A stretch of DNA of 63,592 nucleotides, counting the filler, from Octopus bimaculoides (taxonomy: Eukaryota), in the NCBI RefSeq assembly GCF_001194135.2. It is 6 parts of 5 records of this genome, joined end to end, with 100 filler letters (N's around TTAATTAATTAA, not from the genome) between each part and the next. Parts side by side here need not be neighbours in the genome. Positions count along the whole stretch, not along the records: positions 19,956 to 41,380 come from NC_068986.1; positions 41,481 to 59,030 come from NC_068981.1; 4 more parts are not named here. One strand, given 5' to 3'. Of the stretch, positions 39,981 to 51,429 are shown piece by piece. The first letter of the stretch is position 1. Each line of letters begins with the position of its first letter. The notes below the pieces were generated by a model. That model searched no databases and had not been told where the DNA came from. It saw nothing but the letters and a program-made list of their open reading frames with translations. A program made the translations under genes and the position numbers.

Positions 39981-40303
39981 GTATTCACTTACTGAGGTGG
40001 AACTACTTGTTTCTTTGTTAACCGTCGGATGCCAAAATTCAAAGACACATTAACAGTGAGTTAAGTAAATATAGGAAGGCAGATTCAACAACGCAATCGC
40101 AACGTTTTTTCTAACGAAGTAATAGAGATTTTCAAAACAGCTAGAACACCCTATTTTATTAAGCAGTGAGATAAATTATATTGGCAAAGGTACATAATTA
40201 TGTATTTCACAGAATACAGAGAAAGGAAAAAGCCTACGGAGAAACCCATTTGAACTACGAATGTATTGCAAGACTATATACATTTTGTTTAACTCTGTTC
40301 CAG

Positions 40304-40345
40304 AAGCAGAGCATACTGAATTTGATAGAATTTAGAATATTACAG
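40304..40345 (+). CDS. Candidate 42-nt phase 0-0 exon
   Basis: Acceptor TTTTGTTTAACTCTGTTCCAG, donor CAG/GTATGT; only open frame KQSILNLIEFRILQ. Confidence 0.25.
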
Positions 40346-40353
40346 GTATGTAC

Positions 40354-40532
40354 GGCGGCGAAATGACAATCGTTAGCACGACAGGTAAGATGCTTCTTCT
40401 CATTCTGAGTTCAAATTGTACCGCGGTTGATTTCATCCTTTCATCTTTTTCGGAATCGATAAAATAAGAACCAGTTTAGCATAAACTGAACCCGACCCTG
40501 AATTTTCTATTCTTGTGCCGAAATTTGAAACC
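40354..40532 (+). mobile_element. SINE family B copy
   Basis: GGCGGCG...ATCGTTAGCACG...CTGAGTTCAAAT...TCGATAAAATAAG...TTGTGCCGAAATTTGAAACC. Confidence 0.8.
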
Positions 40533-41489
40533 AACATTATTTGTATGTACTTGCCCGTCTTCGAGGTGATGATAGGGAAAATCAATCTGTCAGAAATTCA
40601 AATTCAAAACTTAAATGGATGGAACGATATTCTGCTTTCTGTTCCATCAGTTTTTTGTTCAAAGTTATTTTTTAATGTTACTTAATCCAATTAATAATGT
40701 TTCTCAAATTAACACATGGCCACATAACATCAAACAATTTCAATGAAAAATAACAGTGTGAAGTTGATAGCTGCATTATATGTATTGGCACCGATGTGTT
40801 AAAGATCAAAGTTGAGGACTGTAAGATTTTCAATACACAGTAGCAAGAATATACAAAACCAAATCAATGAGAAGAATTTCAATTTTTTCACCTTGTAGCA
40901 AAAGTCGTCAGCATATAGACACGAGCCAATATGACGACACCCCGCTCATTACATTCTAGCGTCTTAAAAATGGGAATGTTATATAAAACGAAGTAGTTCT
41001 GAATAAAGGTGGAAAAATCGAGAGACAAAAATTGCATGGTGTGGGTTGATTGATTTCGATTAAATGTTCAGTCAATCAGTTTTCATCTCTGTCTAGACCA
41101 AAAACACGGAAAACGTAAAATTTAACGTATCGTTAGCTAAAGATGAAGGCCAGAGACGTTTAGTGAGATGTTCTTGACAATAGAAAAAATGAGAGAATAG
41201 AAATGTGTATACGCTCCGTGATTCTATTATCAAGTGTATGTGGTGGAGGGGGGCGAAATTGACGTCAGCGAATGTCTGCACATTTATATTCCCCTCAAAA
41301 ACTTTTCACTACTATAAGTCATACAAAACTACATACATATACACGCATACATACATACATACATACATATATACATATATNNNNNNNNNNNNNNNNNNNN
41401 NNNNNNNNNNNNNNNNNNNNNNNNTTAATTAATTAANNNNNNNNNNNNNNNNNNNNNNNNNNNNNNNNNNNNNNNNNNNNATATATAAT

Positions 41490-41650
41490 TCAAATGTACA
41501 GCAAACAAAACACAAAAACAGGTGAAGAAGCAACAGGCAGTTGTATTAATTTGATGCTCGGAAAAAATGGATAGGTCGTTGACGTTTCAAGCCTACGCTC
41601 TTCAACAGAAAGGGATGCGAGGGAAAAAAACGGAGAGAGAAAAACTATGT
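41490..41650 (-). repeat. Penelope-like terminal repeat fragment with degenerate hammerhead
   Basis: rc CTGTTGAAGAGCGTAGGCTTGAAACGTC at 41581-41608; partial related copy at ~55975-56030 (AAAACAGGTGAA...CAACA.GCAG). Confidence 0.5.
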
Positions 41651-41938
41651 GTTGCGATTGAGATTAAACACGAGTTTATATTATTATTATCATTATTTCC
41701 TACGCATTGTGTTTATTATAATGCTTCCTATATTTGGTCTGTTGTTCATAACTTGTAAATACGAAAGTACAGTAGTTGCTTAACTATAATGAAAGCAGAC
41801 AGGACTCTAATAGTCTGCGTGGAGCTCGAAACTTAGCGCTAGCAATCGTACATCTATTTGTATGCACAAGATACATATATGTCTACATATTCATTTGTAT
41901 ACATGCACACGAACACAGACACAGACACAGACACAAAC

Positions 41939-41991
<53 letters not shown>

Positions 41992-42053
41992 CACACACTC
42001 ACACATTTATAAATATATATTTGTGCGTGTGTATATATATATATATATATACA

Positions 42054-42095
<42 letters not shown>

Positions 42096-42254
42096 CACCC
42101 ACCAGATTAAGCACATAAATGCGAAAGTAGAAAAATAGTACTCGAATAGCAGAGGTAGAGTAATATGCTTTACTAATAAAGCTGCAAAGACATCACAAAA
42201 ACTGTTGCTCAGAGTTTTGGTTGGGAAAGGAACAAAAATGAAGTTTATATATAC

Positions 42255-42301
<47 letters not shown>

Positions 42302-42490
42302 TATGTATGTATGCATGTATGTATGTATGTATGTATACAGCACCAGGTTATATGGAACCTTCTCTTTCCAATGCATCGATCTTCTTCATAATAAAAGAGG
42401 AAAATAAAGGGACTGTGGGACCTTAGAGGGAGAAAACTCCACAACTTCTGGGTTACCTTAAAAAAAAAATGAAACCGTGTCCAGGCCTAC

Positions 42491-42650
42491 CTGTCGGATA
42501 GGAACGGAACTTTCCAGATGATCCATAGTCTCACGAGACATAACGGAAGACCCGGATATTGGAGATGTGTGTGGGAGAGAGAGAGACAAACGGACAGTGA
42601 AAGGAAGAGAAAGAGAGAGTGGGGAGAAATGTGATGCACAGCAGCGCATC
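42491..42650 (-). CDS. Candidate minus-strand 5' exon (possible start MSRETMDHLESSVPIRQ)
   Basis: Acceptor TTTTTTTACGTCCGTGTTGCTAG, donor CAG/GTAGGC; ATG at 42541 gives 17 codons to the donor; CT-rich UTR-like upstream part. Confidence 0.25.
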
Positions 42651-43016
42651 CTAGCAACACGGACGTAAAAAAATATAATTAAACAAAGAAAACATGATAT
42701 TTTAATTAAGCAACAAATGAGAAGAGAATTCTGTCTTGATGGACAGATGTGTTTGTTGTTGGTGGCGTGCGGGAGGATATTCATGTCGTGTTGCTGTTTA
42801 ATGTTGGCTCGGCTTTAGTTGCACTAACCTGTACATAATAAGATATTCCGTCCGCGAACGTCTTATATATATATATAAAGTAATGTGTGTGTGTGTGTGT
42901 GAAAAATAGATAAATAGATAGACATATAGATAGACAAATAGACAGCTGAAAAGGAAGATAGGTAAATAGACAAACAGACGGACGGACGGACGGACGGATA
43001 GATATACAAGTACATA

Positions 43017-43233
43017 CGAAAGGGTGCTGAAAAGTTCCGGCTTAAAGGATATCGCGAAAGGCCTATTTGGAGGCCCAACCGTTGGAGTTCTTTTACAGGG
43101 CTTAGAAAAAACTGAAGGACCTCTGCAATAAGTGTGTGGATCTGAGAGGGGAATATGTTGAATAAAATCATAATTAACTGATCCTCCTGTATTTTCTTTT
43201 ACGCAAAGCCAGGAACTTTTCACCACCTCTTAG
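43017..43233 (+). mobile_element. Mariner-derived MITE
   Basis: TIRs CGAAGGGTGCTGAAAAGTTCC-GGCTT / AAGCCAGGAACTTTTCACCACCTCTTAG, TA on both flanks, internal mariner C-terminus KKLKDLCNKCVDLRGEYVE* (stop 43163-43165). Confidence 0.88.
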
Positions 43234-43834
43234 TATATGTGTGTATATGTATGTGTATGCATGTATATTTGTATGTATATGCATGTGTAAGTATGTGCGC
43301 GCGCGCGTATTTATGTAGAATTAACTACATTATCAAAAATGTTCCTCCTTGTCCAAGAAATGCTACTGATGCTGTTTATTCCTTATTCAGTCCTGAGTCA
43401 GCCTCGACTCAATAGATCTCAAATGAAAGGCATCCCAAATATGACCATCACGTATTTTTCTTTTTCTTTTTTTTGTTAAAACGATAGTGCAGTGTATAGT
43501 TTGAGAGGGATGTTATTTCCACGAGATTGAGTGGCCCCATAAGAAACCCTTGTAGGATGTGAGTTACGTTGTGTAACGAATGGTTGTGTGTGTGCGCGCG
43601 TGTGTAGGAAAGTGGGGTTCGGTGTTAGAAAGGGATCAGTCAGAAAGCTGGCTTAATATGGATATTACAAGACTTCATACTACGAGACTCCAATTGGTCA
43701 TTACCGACTAGTTTATTCCGACTTACTGCCGCTCGCATACATGCACACACATACGCAGACGCGCGCACACACGTACACACATCCTCTTTTTTCTCCATAC
43801 TCTCTCGCACACACAGACAATCTCCTTCCTTCTC

Positions 43835-43880
<46 letters not shown>

Positions 43881-44939
43881 NNNNNNNNNNNNNNNNNNNN
43901 NNNNNNNNNNNNNNNNNNNNNNNNNNNNNNNNNNNNNNNNNNNNNNNNNNNNNNNNNNNNNNNNNNNNNNNNNNNNNNNNNNNNNNNNNNNNNNNNNNNN
44001 NNNNNNNNNNNNNNNNNNNNNNNNNNNNNNNNNNNNNNNNNNNNNNNNNNNNNNNNNNNNNNNNNNNNNNNNNNNNNNNNNNNNNNNNNNNNNNNNNNNN
44101 NNNNNNNNNNNNNNNNNNNNNNNNNNNNNNNNNNNNNNNNNNNNNNNNNNNNNNNNNNNNNNNNNNNNNNNNNNNNNNNNNNNNNNNNNNNNNNNNNNNN
44201 NNNNNNNNNNNNNNNNNNNNNNNNNNNNNNNNNNNNNNNNNNNNNNNNNNNNNNNNNNNNNNNNNNNNNNNNNNNNNNNNNNNNNNNNNNNNNNNNNNNN
44301 NNNNNNNNNNNNNNNNNNNNNNNNNNNNNNNNNNNNNNNNNNNNNNNNNNNNNNNNNNNNNNNNNNNNNNNNNNNNNNNNNNNNNNNNNNNNNNNNNNNN
44401 NNNNNNNNNNNNNNNNNNNNNNNNNNNNNNNNNNNNNNNNNNNNNNNNNNNNNNNNNNNNNNNNNNNNNNNNNNNNNNNNNNNNNNNNNNNNNNNNNNNN
44501 NNNNNNNNNNNNNNNNNNNNNNNNNNNNNNNNNNNNNNNNNNNNNNNNNNNNNNNNNNNNNNNNNNNNNNNNNNNNNNNNNNNNNNNNNNNNNNNNNNNC
44601 GTGTGTGCATGTGTATATGTGTATGCGAATATCTGTTTTGTGTTGCATCTGTAATTAAAATATTCAAAACAAGAAAGATCGCAGTGAATATTGAGAAACT
44701 GGTTTTTTTGGTCAAGCTTAATTAACTCTGCCAGCCACAGCTAATTTATCACCGTAACTATTGCTGATGTGTAAAGAATAAAGAACCTCCCTCCATGCCC
44801 GTCCAAGACAAACAACCGTTTTAGTGATGTATATTTAGTCGAAGTCAACTAGCTATCTATACACAGAGAATACAATATGTGACTGATACATATTTTATGA
44901 GTTGTACAATTAGAGGCAGCAGCATTAGTAGTAGTAGTG

Positions 44940-44981
<42 letters not shown>

Positions 44982-45152
44982 CTAGCAGCAGCAGCAGTTT
45001 GCAATTACCATATGATCGATCTCCATAAAACTACTAGACGTGTTGTCAACATATTTATTTTTATGTAATCAAACATACATACTGTGTATAAAAGATGTAT
45101 ATATATATTATGGATATGCGTACAAACGTGTTCGTATGTATGCATATATAAC

Positions 45153-45198
<46 letters not shown>

Positions 45199-45759
45199 CT
45201 TAACACACACAGGAATATATTTACAACAAATATATATATATATATGGGAAAGAAATGTGTGTGAATGTGTATGCTGAATGCGCGTAAGTTTCTGTGCGTA
45301 CTTTCGCGTGTGTGTGTGTATGTGTGTGTATTTGGTGTAAATCTGTCAAAAACAAAATAAAGAGGGTGTGCTTGTTTGTGAAGGGTATATGTTAAAAGAG
45401 AAGAAATGAACGACTTACCTCTCTGAAGCGCTGTGTACATCCATATGATAGCAGCTGTAGCGGTGAGTGTAAGTGGAGTGGAGTGGAATGGTGTGAGTGA
45501 GTGAGTGAGTGTACAAGTAATACAGCAGTCGGCGTATAGAAAGCAGATGGAGAGAGAGAGAGAGCGAGAGGGGGTGATGGGGAGGAGGCTAAAAAGGCAG
45601 ACTACTTCTTTCACTATCACTTTCTCGATTTTCAGTGGTATTCAAACACACAAACACAGGTAACCGTATACAATTACATGCACATGCAGAGAAACAATAA
45701 CACATACACAAGTGGCGAAGCACGCGCGCATTTACACATACACACACGCACACGGACAC

Positions 45760-46012
45760 ATTTTGCTTTCTTCCCTTCCTCTCCCCCTCTCCCTCCCCTC
45801 TCTCTCTTTCTCATTCTTGCTTCTCTACTCCCCCCCCTCAGTTATATTTATATATGAATATATATATATATATATATGCACATACATACACGCACACACA
45901 CACACACACATATATACCTATACATATATATATATATACATATACATATATACATATACATATATGTGTGTGTGTGTACCTATATATACTTTCTCTCTCT
46001 TATACATAATAT

Positions 46013-46044
<32 letters not shown>

Positions 46045-46620
46045 ATTCCTTCTTTACACCGCCACCCACGACTACCCACCGCCCTTATCTTGTACTTACC
46101 TATTTCAGCTTCCTTACCTACTTCTCTTCAACTTCTTCCCCCCCCCCCCCCCNNNNNNNNNNNNNNNNACCACCACTCTACCATTCTCTCCTCCCTCTCC
46201 TACTCTCTCTCTCTCTCTCACCCTTTCTCCTCTCTATATTATCAGTTACCCAGTATAAAAACTACAGAAACTTTCACCGCTCCTCATCCTTCTCCACCCT
46301 CCTCTTGCTTCTACCTCACCTGTTCCAGCTTCGTCTTCACCGTTTTCTTCTTCCTATCTCCTTCTATCTCTCCCCCCACCTTCTATTTCTTCCTTCTCTC
46401 TCCCCTTCTCCTCCGCTCTCTCTCTATATATATACATATATATATATATACTATACGTGCCACTATAAAACTAAGGAAACTTTCATCTTCCTCCTCCCCT
46501 TCGTTCTCCTACTTCTCCCCATCTCTTCACTTCTTGTTCATTTCTATTCTCCCTCCTACCCTCTCACACTATCTCACTTCCTCCATTCTTCGCTTTATAA
46601 GGGTATGTGTGTGTTTACCT
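45760..46620. repeat. C/T-rich low-complexity tract mixed with TA/CA microsatellites
   Basis: Direct inspection. Confidence 0.8.
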
Positions 46621-46645
46621 AATATATATGAGTATGTGTGAATGC

Positions 46646-46696
<51 letters not shown>

Positions 46697-46721
46697 CAAC
46701 GACGATGTATACATTGAAGGT

Positions 46722-46970
46722 GGAGGCGCAATGGCCCAATGGTTAGGGCAGCGGACTCGCGGTAGTAGGATCGCGGTTTCGATTCCCAGACTGGGCGTTG
46801 TGAGTGTTTATAGCGTGAAAAAGACTTAAAGCTCTACGAGGCTCCCGCAGTGGGGGGTGGGGCGAACCCTGCTGTACTCTTTCACCACAACTTTCTCTCA
46901 CTCTTACTTCCTGTTTCTGTTGTACCTGTAATTCAAAGGGGCCAGCCTTGTCACACTGTGTGTCACGTTG
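46722..46970 (+). mobile_element. tRNA-derived SINE (family D)
   Basis: tRNA-like head GGAGGCGCAATGGCCCAATGGTTAGGGCAGCGGACTCGCGG...GGTTTCGATTCCC (A and B boxes), followed by a non-tRNA body. Confidence 0.8.
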
Positions 46971-47334
46971 GATCTATATTGATAGAAAAGACAAAAAAAA
47001 GAGACCTCGATATTATGTAAATAGAGGAATTTATCTGTAAAAATATGTGACAATTTTTCGGATGCCGGGGTGGAAACCCACGCCGCCATCTCTTTAGCTA
47101 TCTGGCCATTGAAAATTCCTATCCAAAANNNNNNNNNNNNNNNNNNNNNNNNNNNNNNNNNNNNNNNNNNNNNNNNNNNNNNNNNNNNNNNNNNNNNNNN
47201 NNNNNNNNNNNNNNNNNNNNNNNNNNNNNNNNNNNNNNNNNNNNNNNNNNNNNNNNNNNNNNNNNNNNNNNNNNNNNNNNNNNNNNNNNNNNNNNNNNNN
47301 NNNNNNNNNNNNNNNNNNNNNNNNNNNNNNNNNN

Positions 47335-47717
47335 TGATGTTACTTTTTAAACCAAACAGTGTTCTGAAAAGACACCCACATAGATTGCATATCCAATTTG
47401 GACCACCAAGAGTTGCAGTTAAGTTCTGATCTTTGTGGATCTTAAAATGTCTTTTGAGGCTTCCATTGGATTTGCAAACTTTCTGGCATACACTGCATTC
47501 AAAGGTATGCACAGACATATAGGCAGATTTGGACCACCAAGAGCTGCGGATAAGTTCTGCTCTTTGTGGATCTTAAAATGTCTCTTGCAGCCTTCTGGCA
47601 TACACTGGTGTGCACAGACATATAGGCAGAATAGTTGGTGGGGTTTCGTTTTCCATGCGTTCGCAAATGAGATTTGAGGCCAGCAAAAGACAGGCATGGT
47701 CTGTCACAGACAGTGCA
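47335..47717 (-). pseudogene. C2H2 zinc-finger array at the RTE C-terminus (2 intact, 2 degenerate fingers)
   Basis: CTVCDRPCLSFAGLKSHLRTH (47655-47717) and CSVCQKVCKSNGSLKRHFKIH (47435-47497) both fit C-x2-C-x12-H-x3-H. A deleted copy lies at ~47560-47625. CNLCGCLFRTLFGLKSN(I) at 47335-47389 has N in place of the first H and runs into a gap. Confidence 0.85.
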
Positions 47718-47899
47718 CACAAAAAGGTCATTGTCATTCACTTTCTAGATCGTTACATTCTTCCTTAGATCTCTTTTTGTTTTATCCTGAAATCTTCAAA
47801 TGCTTTCACTCCACTCCACACCTTTGTTCGCCATCCAACTCGATCCGCAGCAACGGTTTCTATATCTTCTGGAACCATTCCCAGTGTCTTCAGAGTAAT

Positions 47900-49400
47900 C
47901 CTTATGCCGTCCTTAAACCATTTTTTTAGGTTTACACCGATAGCGTTTCCCCTCTGCAAGCTCACCATAACACAACTGTTACTGCATGCGTTCATCTGCC
48001 ATTCGAACAATATGGCCACACCATCTCAATTAGTTCCTCAAAATCATAGCTTTAATTGAGGTGATGCCTGCAGATGCAAGGACATCTGTGTTTGGAGTAA
48101 AAGAACTCTATTTAATTTTTTTTATGCGATGAAGGCATTTTTGATGGAATTGTTCTAACAATTTAAAATGTTTTTCATAACAAGTCCAAGTCCAAGTCTC
48201 ACAGGAATATAACAGGGATGGTAAGACAAATGATTTGTAAAGAACCAGCTTTGTATTCTTATTTATATGTCGCTGGCACCAAACGCGTGACTCAAGCCAC
48301 CAAATGCTTTTGCTGCCCTTNNNNNNNNNNNNNNNNNNNNNNNNNNNNNNNNNNNNNNNNNNNNNNNNNNNNNNNNNNNNNNNNNNNNNNNNNNNNNNNN
48401 NNNNNNNNNNNNNNNNNNNNNNNNNNNNNNNNNNNNNNNNNNNNNNNNNNNNNNNNNNNNNNNNNNNNNNNNNNNNNNNNNNNNNNNNNNNNNNNNNNNN
48501 NNNNNNNNNNNNNNNNNNNNNNNNNNNNNNNNNNNNNNNNNNNNNNNNNNNNNNNNNNNNNNNNNNNNNNNNNNNNNNNNNNNNNNNNNNNNNNNNNNNN
48601 NNNNNNNNNNNNNNNNNNNNNNNNNNNNNNNNNNNNNNNNNNNNNNNNNNNNNNNNNNNNNNNNNNNNNNNNNNNNNNNNNNNNNNNNNNNNNNNNNNNN
48701 NNNNNNNNNNNNNNNNNNNNNNNNNNNNNNNNNNNNNNNNNNNNNNNNNNNNNNNNNNNNNNNNNNNNNNNNNNNNNNNNNNNNNNNNNNNNNNNNNNNN
48801 NNNNNNNNNNNNNNNNNNNNNNNNNNNNNNNNNNNNNNNNNNNNNNNNNNNNNNNNNNNNNNNNNNNNNNNNNNNNNNNNNNNNNNNNNNNNNCACACTG
48901 AGACTCAGACACTATATTTGGAACTATAAAGGTATTTAAACGTTCTAACAAAATGCGGGCAAGTACCTTTCCAACTACAGACAAAAGCGAAATCCCACGA
49001 AAATTACTGCACAGATCCTTTGGCCCCGATTTATACAAGGAGACTAAAATGGCATCAATCCAATCTTGAGACACTTTCTCACTTCTCCAACAGTGACGAA
49101 TTAATATATTTAAGAATTCAAACATTTTGTCACCCCCATATTTCAAGACTTCGGCACAGATTCCATCAGACCCTGGAGTCTTATTGTTATTCAGCTTATT
49201 CACAGCTAAATAAATGTCATTTAGAGTTGGTTCAAATGCCATCTCTTCTATAACTGGAGGGTGTTCAATTTTTTCTGTCATCCTCATGTCAGCGGATGAC
49301 GGTCTATTCAAAAGTGCAGAAACATGTTCTACCCAACGCTTATGAATAGAAGCGATGTCAGTCAGAAGAAAACCTCCATTTGCTGTTCTCACTGGATCTA
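47900..49400 (-). pseudogene. Reverse transcriptase region of the RTE ORF (catalytic core inside the N gap 48321-48893)
   Basis: KTPGSDGICAEVLK, W..AILVSLYK, NFRGISLLSVVGKVLARILLERL, SESQC before the gap; (S)KAFG.L..RVW, LYKSFVLPSLLYSCETW, QFHQKCL after it. The YxDD motif is not visible. Confidence 0.9.
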
Positions 49401-49979
49401 TTGAAGCAGATTTGGGGCATATACCTCCTTAACATAAGAGTACAAACCCTTGGCATCATTTCTATCAGCTGCTTCTTGTGTACCTTTTGATCTATCATTC
49501 CACCATTCCTGTTTAATTTTCCTTNNNNNNNNNNATCATTTCTATCAGCTGCTTCTTGTGTACCTTTTGATCTATCATTCCACCATTCCTGTTTAATTTT
49601 CCTTAGAGCAGTCTGCACTTTCCTTTTCAACTTTCTGTAAGTTTCGTTTGAGTTTGGGTTCAAGGACTAAGAAAGAAGTGTATAGCCGAAGTTTTGTTTT
49701 TCTAAAAGTAGATCATGAATTTCTGCTGATCTATCTGAGAACCAGTCACTGGACTTATGTAATTTAAATCCCACTGACGAACTTGCAGCCTGAAATATTT
49801 TTGCTTCGAAATCTTTCCATAGATTGTTTGGGTCAAGATTGATACTTTCTATAGCATCGTGGAATCTTTGCAAGATGCTTGATAATTTAAAGTTTGCAAA
49901 ATTTAACTTTTTGGGTACCTTAGGACCAGACTGTTGATGTTTAGGCATTATCGAAAAATCTATTTTTCTATGCACTAGA

Positions 49980-50760
49980 TGATGGTCAGTCCAGCTCTCT
50001 GCCCCTCTCATGACCCGAACGCTAGAAACGTCTTTCATATCACATTTCCTAATCAAAATATAATCTATGAGATGCCAGTGCTTAGATCTTGGGTGCATCC
50101 AGGTGGTTTTATATTTATTTTCTGCTTAAACAGAGTGTTGGTGACAACCAGATTAGTCTCAGTACAAAACGTCAAAAGAGCTTCTCCATTTTTATTGCAT
50201 TTGCCAATCCCATGTCGACCTAAAACAGGCCATGAAACATAGTCCTTTCCAACGCTTGCATTGAAATCTCCCAATATGACGAACTTGTCAGAAATTGGTA
50301 TTTTCCTCAATAATTGTGCTAGATCATCATAAAACTGTCCCACAGTTTCATCAGAATGGGACATTGTTGGTGCATAAATACTGACAATGGTAAGAAACCT
50401 ACCTTTTGACAGTTTAATACGGCATGACATGATCTATTCAGATATACCACCTGGAAACTCTGCAATGGAGGATACTAATGTATTCTTGAGAGCTAACCCA
50501 ACACCAGATTCTCTACGCTGGCCCTTAAGTAGGCCTCTCCAAAAGATAGTATATTCATAAGTAGGTTCATTTACTTGACCCTCACCAGAGAGACGAGTTT
50601 CAGAGAGCACAACTATATCAAGGGAATATTTCTTAAGCTCACATGCAATAAGTGCAGTACGCCTTCCTGGCCTCTTGTTGAAATTACATCAAGAAGCGTG
50701 CGCACATTCCAACAACAAAAATTCAAAGGATGTATATTTTTACTTCTTTTTGAAAATTGT
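49980..50760 (-). pseudogene. APE-type endonuclease domain of the RTE ORF (frameshifted)
   Basis: Motifs WNVRTL, VVLSETR, SIYAPT, ILGDFNASVG, TW-MHPRSKHWHLIDYILIR, WTDH. Frameshifts near 50670 and 50110; in-frame TAG near 50435. Confidence 0.92.
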
Positions 50761-51429
50761 TTAACCACAGTAGCAGGTGATGACCGGGTCAGCCTGTGAT
50801 ACACAGGGACACATGCTGAGCCAGACCCGTTCCTCTGACTTTCCCGAGCCTTTTATGTCATTTACTGAATCTGTTTGAGACTTTTTAGAGTAAAATACAA
50901 GTACATTTTTAGGTTTCTACCAATCAGCCAATTCAATGATTTTATGAAGATTTGGAGTACAGGAACTACCGGGGCAGATGAATAATTTTCACTGGGTGTA
51001 GCTTGCACTGCACTACCCCCACCTATTGGCTCAAGAAGACTTTCGCCGGTGTGACATGAAAATTGACAAAACCAGGAACTTCCAAGGCCTCAGGTTTTAT
51101 TTCGGAGATTTCCTTCTCCTAGGTAGATAACCAACCAAGGTTAAAGAGCTTCTACCTGCCCATGAGGTAAGCCGTCCCATTCCAGACACCTAACCGACAT
51201 TCAAAGACTCTATAAAGTGATCAAATATCACTCCGATGACCGACACGGAGAACCTCATTCATACATACAAAAAAAAAAAAAAAAAAAANNNNNNNNNNNN
51301 NNNNNNNNNNNNNNNNNNNNNNNNNNNNNNNNNNNNNNNNNNNNNNNNNNNNNNNNNNNNNNNNNNNNNNNNNNNNNNNNNNNNNNNNNNNNNNNNNNNN
51401 NNNNNNNNNNNNNNNNNNNNNNNNTTAGA

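Larger units (their letters stand above)
47050..51260 (-). mobile_element. RTE-clade non-LTR retrotransposon (LINE), near full length, decayed
   Basis: Minus-strand translation gives, in order, a 5' UTR, APE endonuclease motifs, an RT-associated region, post-RT RTE-type sequence (YKSFVLPSLLYSCETW, LRWCGHIVRM) and C2H2 fingers. Several frameshifts and stops; two N gaps inside. The 3' boundary is approximate. Confidence 0.92.

Noticed and set aside
41790-41845. GCAGAC/GTCTGC hairpin followed by GCTCGAAAC
   Set aside because: No CUGANGA core upstream; at best a highly decayed Penelope-like remnant.
46722-46795. Possible genuine tRNA gene
   Set aside because: The cloverleaf is imperfect and it runs into a SINE body; interpreted as a SINE head.
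49455-49604. Exact 70-bp direct repeat inside the RTE ORF, separated by 10 N
   Set aside because: Typical contig-overlap artefact at a minimal gap; collapsing it restores the LINE reading.
51093-51165. HDV-like ribozyme assignment for the RTE 5' UTR element
   Set aside because: P1, a P4-like hairpin and CGAA can be drawn, but P2 does not pair and L3 lacks the U-Y-C-x-C-G-Y pattern. Kept only as an unassigned structure.
51232-51256. CCGAUGA-CCG-ACA-CGG-AGAAC resembling a tiny hammerhead
   Set aside because: U4 is C, GAAA is not present in register, and no cleavage triplet or stem I is found.
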